Of a stretch of DNA of 64,000 nt, positions 57,255 to 64,000 are shown in pieces. Below the pieces are notes generated by a model, which saw only the letters and a program-made list of their open reading frames with translations, had not been told where the DNA came from and searched no databases. The stretch comes from a virus. Position 1 is the first letter of the stretch; each line of letters opens with the position of its first letter. The position numbers and the translations under genes were made by a program. The DNA lies in IMG/VR virus record IMGVR_UViG_3300023179_006134, positions 1 to 64,000 of that record. The stretch is one strand, 5' to 3'.

Positions 57255-57411
57255 TTTGTTGTTGTTTGAGTTTTTCTTCTTCTAAATGTTGTTTTAATAA
57301 TTCAACGTAAATATCTCTTTCCCAAGGTATCATATTTTCAATTTCTGTAAGAGAATATTTATGATACTGCATTAGGGCAAAGTTAAGACGAAAATAATTC
57401 TCAAGGTCCAT
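57247..57411 (-). CDS. gp51: Baseplate hub assembly catalyst gp51-like (54 aa)
   Basis: Hand-translated MDLENYFRLNFALMQYHKYSLTEIENMIPWERDIYVELLKQHLEEEKLKQQQNG; synteny after gp26. Confidence 0.8.
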   Translation of the reverse strand: MDLENYFRLNFALMQYHKYSLTEIENMIPWERDIYVELLKQHLEEEKLKQQQNG

Positions 57412-57422
57412 ATGGACCAGGG

Positions 57423-58142
57423 CTATGCGAAAAAACTTGCTAACCCTTCTAAAACAACTTCACTTTCAACTTCAGTCTTTGGATTTGTAACTTTGATTTT
57501 ATGAGAAAGTTTGGGCATAGTCTCAAAGAATTTTTCAATTTGCTTAAACTGCGAAGAATTTAATTGCTCTAAAAAGTCAATTAGTTCTTTTTTTGTTACA
57601 TCAGCAGCAATCCACACTTCTTCTTCGGTATAAATTTTATCAATACAAGAAGAAATCAAATCAAAAGATTGATCCATCGTATTATCATTTTTAAAATCAA
57701 AGTTAGTCTTAATAAATTGCTCCAGAGATGGATATTTCATTTCCATCATAATTGTAGAATCAATCTTAATTTGATTGGTATGATCTTCGTTCTTTTGAAC
57801 CTTAATTGAATCCAAATCAATCTTTACAAGAGTATTTGTTTCTTCATCATCAGGACAGATAATATTCACTTCAATCTCTTCTCCTACAGATTTACCACGA
57901 ATATTTAAGAACAAGTATTCAATATCAAAAGTTGGAAGTGATTCTACTTTAATATTTTTAGTCAGAATACAACTCTTAATGACAGTTTTAATTGCAGTAG
58001 TAATTTGTTTTGTATCTTCACTTTCTAGTGCAATCAACAGTACTTTTTCTTCTTTAACAAGAAAGGGTCTGTATTTAATTGATTCACCAGTAGAGGGCAA
58101 CTCAAGTTCGTAAATCGGTGTCGTGGGTTTTGGTAAAGGCAT
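57423..58142 (-). CDS. gp26: Baseplate hub subunit gp26-like
   Basis: MPLPK...YELELPSTG..IKYRPFLVKEEK.LL.A...FDIEYLFLNIRGKSVGE; CTAAATA at 58170-58176. Confidence 0.85.
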   Translation of the reverse strand: MPLPKPTTPIYELELPSTGESIKYRPFLVKEEKVLLIALESEDTKQITTAIKTVIKSCILTKNIKVESLPTFDIEYLFLNIRGKSVGEEIEVNIICPDDEETNTLVKIDLDSIKVQKNEDHTNQIKIDSTIMMEMKYPSLEQFIKTNFDFKNDNTMDQSFDLISSCIDKIYTEEEVWIAADVTKKELIDFLEQLNSSQFKQIEKFFETMPKLSHKIKVTNPKTEVESEVVLEGLASFFA

Positions 58143-58192
58143 AATGACCTATAGAATTTCAGTTATGATTATTTAGATTAGAATATTGGAGG

Positions 58193-59038
58193 TTATCTTC
58201 GTATTGATTGTTGGAATTGAGTTACTGCAATATCTGCTGCCTCAATTCTATCATTATTTCCTGATGCTAGTGCTTGAGTATATTCAATATCAAGTGCTTC
58301 TATATTATCTAATTGTGCTCCTGTATATGGACTATCTGCTGCTCCATTTGGAGATCTTGATGAAGACTCTGGTGTAGATGGGTAATCTTTAGCCCCGACA
58401 TAATATCGAATATAACTAAAGGATACGGTACATTTTAGTAATGAAGATGCATCATAAGAAACCGGCATTGATGTGATTGATATTGGATATGAATTCACAA
58501 AATTATAAATTAAAGTATTGCCCTCGTGATCAGCACTCTTTTTATTTTTTGAAGTTCTTTCAAATTTAGTAATTGTGAGTCCTTGTCCAGCAATATAATA
58601 CTCTGGATACCGGGCCCGATAAAAGTACTCTGGTTTTTTTGATGAAATTCTACCAGCACCTGATGCAATACTTTCTCCAATAATATATTTAATCCAGGAT
58701 TCAAAAAATCTAATTGGAAGATAATTCTCGGCATCAACATAAAAAGTAAAATCAATTCTATCATCATATAATCTACGATAGGCAAATTTTTCGGTCACTC
58801 CAGTAAAATCACTATTATTTTCGTGAGTTGCTAGTGATGAACCGGGCAAAGTTGCTTCTGAGCACAACAATCTCAACTTTTCTCCATCATACTTCACACC
58901 ATTAGAAATTAAATATTGTCCAAACCCACCTTCACTTGTACCATACTTTGGAAAAGGTATATCAACAATAAAATGTGATGTAAGTGCTGGTTGAAGTAGA
59001 TTTGCCTTAATTTTATCTACACTAACTTTTGCAGGCAT
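58193..59038 (-). CDS. Tail-tube-fold protein (gp54/gp19-like)
   Basis: LLCSEATLPG...AYRR.YD.I..TFYVD...FFESW...YP.SI...VSY...L.CTVSF.Y; divergent from gp4. Confidence 0.65.
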   Translation of the reverse strand: MPAKVSVDKIKANLLQPALTSHFIVDIPFPKYGTSEGGFGQYLISNGVKYDGEKLRLLCSEATLPGSSLATHENNSDFTGVTEKFAYRRLYDDRIDFTFYVDAENYLPIRFFESWIKYIIGESIASGAGRISSKKPEYFYRARYPEYYIAGQGLTITKFERTSKNKKSADHEGNTLIYNFVNSYPISITSMPVSYDASSLLKCTVSFSYIRYYVGAKDYPSTPESSSRSPNGAADSPYTGAQLDNIEALDIEYTQALASGNNDRIEAADIAVTQFQQSIRR

Positions 59039-59039
59039 C

Positions 59040-59047
59040 TATAAATA
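59040..59047 (+). promoter_or_regulatory. T4-type late promoter (TATAAATA)
   Basis: Exact octamer 29 nt upstream of the gp4 ATG. Confidence 0.75.
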
Positions 59048-59076
59048 CTTGTACTTATATATTATGTAGTTAGGAA

Positions 59077-59529
59077 ATGCCAAGAGACGGAAAATACCAT
59101 CAGGGTAGATTTCACCCTCAAAATCCGCAGAAATATAAAGGAGACGTGAATAATATCATATACAGAAGTTCTTGGGAACTCAAATTTATGCAGTGGTGTG
59201 ATAGAAATGAAAATATTGTGGAGTATGGTTCAGAAGAGTTTTGGATTCCTTATGTTTCTCCGGTAGATAATCGTGTTCATCGATACTTTCCAGATTTTAT
59301 TATCAAAGTTAAAGAAAGTAATGAAGAGATTAAGACTTATGTGATCGAAGTGAAGCCAAAAAGACAAACAGCACCACCTAAACAAAAATCAAGAGTGACT
59401 AAATCATATCTTTATGAGGTTCAGACATACGCAGTCAATCAATCAAAATGGAATGCCGCAAATGAATGGTGTAAAGATCGTAGATTGGAGTTCAAGGTGA
59501 TAACCGAAACGGAACTCGGATTAAGATAA
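59077..59529 (+). CDS. gp4: Head completion nuclease gp4
   Basis: P.NP.KYKGD...YRSSWE..FM.WCD...SEE..IPY.SP.D...HRYFPDF...EVKP...NQ.KW.AA. Confidence 0.92.
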   Translation: MPRDGKYHQGRFHPQNPQKYKGDVNNIIYRSSWELKFMQWCDRNENIVEYGSEEFWIPYVSPVDNRVHRYFPDFIIKVKESNEEIKTYVIEVKPKRQTAPPKQKSRVTKSYLYEVQTYAVNQSKWNAANEWCKDRRLEFKVITETELGLR

Positions 59530-59918
59530 TGGCAGAAGGTTTCGGTCAATATGTGGGGAAGATTCCTCCCAGAATGGCAGAATTGAGAAAAAAGATTAAG
59601 AAGTCTGGTAGTAGTGACCCAGAAGATCTGATGATTGAGATTATGGAAGTTTTAAAAGAAGAAGTATTATATCCGGAACCAGGAAAGTTTTATACATTTC
59701 TTTACATACCTAAAACTCCAGAAATAGAATATGATCAACATCCACTGATTGCTTGTACTTCATTAGAAAAGTGGGGATTTAGAGGAATGAACTTTCATTG
59801 GAGAAAGGCAAGGCAATATACCTGGGAAGAAGTTTCGGGAAAACTTCACGTTATTAAATATGATGAGTTGGATGAGATGCTCTCTATACCTTATGCAAAA
59901 TTCCGTCTAAATAAATAA
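59529..59918 (+). CDS. Conserved protein, DNA end protector gp2-like
   Basis: PGKFYTFLY.PKT....YDQHPLI......GFRG.N.H motif next to gp4. Confidence 0.55.
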   Translation: MAEGFGQYVGKIPPRMAELRKKIKKSGSSDPEDLMIEIMEVLKEEVLYPEPGKFYTFLYIPKTPEIEYDQHPLIACTSLEKWGFRGMNFHWRKARQYTWEEVSGKLHVIKYDELDEMLSIPYAKFRLNK

Positions 59919-59989
59919 AAAACTATAAAAATGTTTAGAAGAGCAGAAAAATATATTCTAAACGTCCTTCATAGTGAGGAGGTGCTCTG

Positions 59990-61345
59990 ATGGCATATGG
60001 AGCTCCGATACTATCAGATGTAATAGTAACCACTATAGATGGAAAACCATATTACACAGTATCTTCAACTAAAGTAACACAAGGAAACGATGGTAAAGTT
60101 AATGGTGGAGAAACAACTATACTATATTCCCAAAAACCAAACGTTTACATCCCTGCAGCAACAACAAAAGATGGGGGAAAAACTTGGACATACCTAAAAT
60201 ATAAGCAAGGAGATGACATACCTCCTGGGAAAAAAGTAGGAGATGAAATTTTTGGTAATCAGGCAAAGAAATCTCTTGAGGGTGGGGCATTAAAAACAAA
60301 TATAAATCAACAAATTAAAACTGCTGCAACAAAAGCAAGCATTCCTCCAGAGCAACAAAAACCATTAACCTTAGATCAAAATACAGCAAGTCCAACAGGA
60401 GATCCACCAGCAGCAGGACAATTCAAACCGGAGGATGTGACCACAATAAAAGAAGCAGCAGGAAAGGAATATAAAGGTAGAAAGAACTATCCTGGGGAAG
60501 ATTTAAGATATCCCATAACTATGGATCAAAATCAAGATTGTATTCAATTTAAAATTATTAAATATGTGGCAAGGGGGTTGGGGTTAGATAAAAATCTGGG
60601 ACTTAGAAAAGATGCTCCCCCTGCGGGTAATATTTTAACAACAATCACTTTACCAATGCCCAGTGGAGGAATATCGGATAGAAATTCTGTGAATTGGCAA
60701 TCTGGTGAGTTAAATCCGGCAATGGAAGGTGTGGCAGCCACGTTAAATAGTTTTCTTTTAGGTGGACCAAAGACAGGTGCGGCTACAGCAAAAGATGAAT
60801 TTGGAGCATTTCTTGGGGGTGAATCCAATACCAAATTACTAAAGGCACTAATTGCATCTCAAACAATTAAATCAGCTCTTGGTCAAAATGTTTTATCAAG
60901 ACAATATGGTGTAGTGATAAATCCAAATTTAGAACTTCTTTTTGATAGTCCTTCACTCAGAGATTTTTCTTTTACTTTTAAAATGACCCCAAGATCAAAA
61001 TCAGAGGCAATAAGAGTAAGAACTATTATAAGATATTTCAAACAAGCAATGTCAGTAAAGAGAAGTGAGTCTGTTCTTCTTCTAAAAGCACCACATACTT
61101 TTAGAATTAGTTATTTAACATCAACTCAAAATCACCCATATCTAAATCGTTTTAAAGAATGTGCCCTTACCAATTGTAGTGTAAACTATACTCCCGATGG
61201 TCAATATATGAGTTATGATGCTTCCGATCCCGATGGAAGATCTATGACCGCATATGAACTTTCACTCAACTTCCAAGAACTTGAACCAATCTTTGATGAT
61301 GATTATGATGATGGAGATAACTCACCAACAAATATAGGTTACTAA
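59990..61345 (+). CDS. gp48: Baseplate tail-tube cap gp48
   Basis: LRYP, I.LPMP...D.N.V.W, NPNLELLF..P.LR.F.F.FK..PR...EA, K.CAL....VNYTP.G, L.F.EL motifs; GAGGAGG Shine-Dalgarno; ATAAATA at 59911. Confidence 0.85.
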   Translation: MAYGAPILSDVIVTTIDGKPYYTVSSTKVTQGNDGKVNGGETTILYSQKPNVYIPAATTKDGGKTWTYLKYKQGDDIPPGKKVGDEIFGNQAKKSLEGGALKTNINQQIKTAATKASIPPEQQKPLTLDQNTASPTGDPPAAGQFKPEDVTTIKEAAGKEYKGRKNYPGEDLRYPITMDQNQDCIQFKIIKYVARGLGLDKNLGLRKDAPPAGNILTTITLPMPSGGISDRNSVNWQSGELNPAMEGVAATLNSFLLGGPKTGAATAKDEFGAFLGGESNTKLLKALIASQTIKSALGQNVLSRQYGVVINPNLELLFDSPSLRDFSFTFKMTPRSKSEAIRVRTIIRYFKQAMSVKRSESVLLLKAPHTFRISYLTSTQNHPYLNRFKECALTNCSVNYTPDGQYMSYDASDPDGRSMTAYELSLNFQELEPIFDDDYDDGDNSPTNIGY

Positions 61346-61346
61346 A

Positions 61347-62018
61347 ATGGCATCTTATTTCCGTCAGGTTCCTAACTTTGAATATGTAAGTCGGATTGCA
61401 GAATCCAAGAACATATCAGATTATATACAAGTCAAAAATTTCTTTAAAAAAGGAAGTCTTCGTCCTGATATTTTTCAGGAACTTGCATTTTTTGAGAAGT
61501 ATAAAATTCGGGGAAATGATCGTCCTGATAATGTTGCAGAAGATTTTTATGGTGAATCAACTCTTGATTGGGTGATTTTACTATCAAACAATATTATCAA
61601 TATTCAATCAGAATGGCCTCTTCTACAAGATGATTTAGATCGTTATTTGGTTGAAAAATATGGTGATTATGATATTCTCTATAATGGTATTCATCACTAT
61701 GAAACTTCAGAAATTAAAAACAGTCAAGGAGTTACGATTGTTCCTTCAGGTCTTGAAGTAAGTTCTCCATATTCAGTAAGTTATTATGATTACTTTATAG
61801 ATTCTCAGATAGATACGGGAAACATAGCAGTTCCTGTGACGAATTATGATTATGAGATTAAAATAGAAGATGCAAAGAGAAATATTTACTTACTCAAACC
61901 AACATATTTGAATATTGTGATTAATGATATGGATAATATTATGCCATATAAAAAAGGGTCTTCACAATATATCAGTGAAGACCTTAAACGCGGTGATAAT
62001 ATCAGACTTTATAGTTGA
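61347..62018 (+). CDS. gp53: Baseplate wedge subunit gp53
   Basis: YF...PNFEY, RPDNVA...YG...LDWVILL.NNI....EWPL, HHYET, NYDYE...E..KR.I.LL. Confidence 0.88.
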   Translation: MASYFRQVPNFEYVSRIAESKNISDYIQVKNFFKKGSLRPDIFQELAFFEKYKIRGNDRPDNVAEDFYGESTLDWVILLSNNIINIQSEWPLLQDDLDRYLVEKYGDYDILYNGIHHYETSEIKNSQGVTIVPSGLEVSSPYSVSYYDYFIDSQIDTGNIAVPVTNYDYEIKIEDAKRNIYLLKPTYLNIVINDMDNIMPYKKGSSQYISEDLKRGDNIRLYS

Positions 62019-62021
62019 TTT

Positions 62022-62921
62022 TTATTCTGCCAGTTTTTGAAAATATGAGAGGGCATCATCTTCGTCTTCACTTGAGGAATCCAAAGAATTGAATGTTTCT
62101 TTGATTTCATCAGATTCAGAAGTATATGATCCACGATCATTATCCTCGTCTTCAACTTCCTCATCCATACGACGATTTGTTGATTTCTGTCCCAATACCA
62201 TTTTCAGACGTTTTTCAAGTTCTTCATAGGACTTGAATTGATCTGGTGCGGTAACTGCTGTGAGAGAATACTCTTTCTTCCAGAGTGCTTCCAGAGCATC
62301 ATCATCATCAAGAAGAGGTTCTACAGAACCAAACTCAGACTTATCATAATTCCAATAACCATCCTTCTTCACAATCTTCAGTTTGAAGTTTGCTCCCTGC
62401 CACAAATCAAAAGGGTTGATTGGTGATTCGTCCTCAAATTCTGGTTGCATTGCCTCCATAATCTTATCAAATATTTTCTTACCATATTTAAATAGAAATA
62501 CTTTACCTTCGTTCTGAGGATTTGTGGGATCCTTTACGACATATATGTTAGAATAATATGATAACTTACGTTTTTGCTTACGAACAGTTTCCTTATTTGA
62601 TTCGGTTCCTGTATTCCATAGATCTCGGTTGTGTTCTCCAAGAGGATCTTTACCACCAATAGTCGTCAGTGAGTTTTCAATATACCATCCACCAGGTCCC
62701 TGAAATGCGTGTGAATACATTTTTGCCCAGGGAAGTTCTTCACCATCAGGGGCAGGTAGAAAACGAATCACCGCAAAACCATTACCAGTTTTATCAACTT
62801 CGGGTTTCCAGAGACGTTCATCAGCACCACCACCGGCAGAACTCATTTTTTCTACTTCTTTGACCAGTTTAGAAGTCAAAGAACCAAGTTTAGATTGCTT
62901 TTTTAGATTTTCAAATGACAT
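62022..62921 (-). CDS. gp32: Single-stranded DNA-binding protein gp32
   Basis: DERLWKP..DK.GNG.AVIRFLPA, HAFQGPGGWYIEN, KRKLSYYSNI.VV.DP..P.NEGKVFL.K.GKKIFDKI, acidic tail. Confidence 0.97.
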   Translation of the reverse strand: MSFENLKKQSKLGSLTSKLVKEVEKMSSAGGGADERLWKPEVDKTGNGFAVIRFLPAPDGEELPWAKMYSHAFQGPGGWYIENSLTTIGGKDPLGEHNRDLWNTGTESNKETVRKQKRKLSYYSNIYVVKDPTNPQNEGKVFLFKYGKKIFDKIMEAMQPEFEDESPINPFDLWQGANFKLKIVKKDGYWNYDKSEFGSVEPLLDDDDALEALWKKEYSLTAVTAPDQFKSYEELEKRLKMVLGQKSTNRRMDEEVEDEDNDRGSYTSESDEIKETFNSLDSSSEDEDDALSYFQKLAE

Positions 62922-62992
62922 TTGATTTTTCCTCGTATTTGTGAGATTTGGCTTTTGTGACTTTGCTTAGGGATCATCCAGCCCAATATATT

Positions 62993-63337
62993 CTACAGGT
63001 CTGAACCAGTTCTGTCAATCTGATCTTTCATTTTATCAAGCATTTTTGCGAGATTTCCAAAAATCACATTCATATCTACACCAGAAGGAAGTCCCATTGC
63101 CGATGCGGATTCAGAAATCCGCGATTTCATTTCCTTTGCTTCTGGAGCATCAGATAAACTTAGACGAGTATAGATTGTTCTTTGCTTATCTAAAAGTTTT
63201 TCAAGAAGATTTACGTGAGATATTTTTTCATCACGATTCATCAAATGAAACTTAAAGACATTATTATAAACACTTTGTTGAAGTTCTGCAATTTCTGCCA
63301 TTTCAGAACGAACAATATCAGATTTAAAAAAATTCAT
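62993..63337 (-). CDS. DUF1825-like protein
   Basis: FF.S.IV..E...I..LQ...LLDKQ...Y.RL.LSD.PEA..MK signature found in cyanobacteria and cyanophages. Confidence 0.75.
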   Translation of the reverse strand: MNFFKSDIVRSEMAEIAELQQSVYNNVFKFHLMNRDEKISHVNLLEKLLDKQRTIYTRLSLSDAPEAKEMKSRISESASAMGLPSGVDMNVIFGNLAKMLDKMKDQIDRTGSDL

Positions 63338-63930
63338 TTTCCTCCAAAAACAATATCTTTCAAAATTTTCTTATAATGAGATACATCTATATGTAGGAAT
63401 GGAGAGTATTTTTTGATTCTCCGACTTACAGTTTCCCATACAGGATCTTTAAGTTTCTTATCAAAGTCATTCCCGTACAGGAATATTTTATCACAGATTA
63501 CCATAGTTTCAAGGCTTAACTTCCCACTCAGAAACTTTTTGAGAAGAGGTGGATGCCCTTTGGAACACTCAAATACTTTTTTAAAATTATACTCGGCAAA
63601 TAAACTCTCACATTCTTCTTTGAAGAGATAAGAAAGAGACTGAATTTTTCTTTGCCATTCATTATAATTCTGATCTCCCGTTTTTATAATCTCACCAATC
63701 CATAAGGATTCAGAGTCATTACAGGAAACAAAATTTGATATAAAAAAATCTTCAATTTCTTTATCTGTTCTTTGTCTGGATATCTTTTCAAACCAAAAAC
63801 GATCACGTCTCTTATAGAACGACTCTAGTGATGCTCTGGTCTTTTTACAATATTTGTAATAATCATAAGAATCTTTTGTAAAATGATTTTTGAGTGCCAG
63901 ATAGGTTTTATAGCAGTCAAAGGGAGTCAT
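63334..63930 (-). CDS. gp59: Helicase loader gp59
   Basis: F..YKTYLALKNHFT...YDY.KY..K.RA....FYKR.DR..FEK.SR; ISLET-like motif. Start at ATG 63930 rather than TTG 63954. Confidence 0.88.
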   Translation of the reverse strand: MTPFDCYKTYLALKNHFTKDSYDYYKYCKKTRASLESFYKRRDRFWFEKISRQRTDKEIEDFFISNFVSCNDSESLWIGEIIKTGDQNYNEWQRKIQSLSYLFKEECESLFAEYNFKKVFECSKGHPPLLKKFLSGKLSLETMVICDKIFLYGNDFDKKLKDPVWETVSRRIKKYSPFLHIDVSHYKKILKDIVFGGK

Positions 63931-64000
63931 TTTCAAAAAAAGTAATAGAGGCAATTTTTTCCTGGGAAATTTTTACCCCCCAAAATGGAATTAAAAGACT

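Noticed and set aside
63931-63954. N-terminal extension MPLLLFLK of gp59
   Set aside because: TTG start without support; recognisable similarity begins at MTPFDCY (ATG 63930).
1-64000. DGR reverse transcriptase and template repeat
   Set aside because: No ORF with RT motifs and no AAC-rich copy of the VR was found by eye; the intergenic gaps around the target are too short.
1-64000. CRISPR array, tRNA, rRNA, integrase, intron or intein
   Set aside because: The repeats seen are coding or paired direct repeats without spacers; no cloverleaf, recombinase or splicing motifs recognised.

Overview
AT-rich segment of a T4-like cyanomyovirus genome (Kyanoviridae-type, probably freshwater), nearly all on the minus strand. 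Right to left it holds: replication genes gp59, DUF1825 and gp32; baseplate/tail genes gp53, gp48, gp4, a tail-tube-like gene, gp26 and gp51; two long tape-measure-like proteins with peptidoglycan-hydrolase domains; a gp27-like hub, a split gp5 module and large fibre/adhesin genes; a ~15 kb island of glycosyltransferases, sulfotransferases, carbamoyltransferases and 2OG-Fe(II) oxygenases; and a second tail-fibre cluster ending in a GC-rich LamG/SPRY-type gene. Main observations: (1) 13 of 18 consecutive island proteins, from several unrelated families, end in Tyr-x-COOH, 12 of them as hydrophobe-x-Tyr-x, which suggests a shared C-terminal docking or targeting tag. (2) A diversity-generating retroelement remnant: a C-type-lectin (DUF1566-like) target with a VR-like 3' end followed by a truncated avd, with no RT or TR seen in the window. 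(3) A T_TTT_TTC slippery site plus hairpin that could fuse gp26 to gp51 by -1 frameshift. All family calls are by motif recognition; no database search was run.
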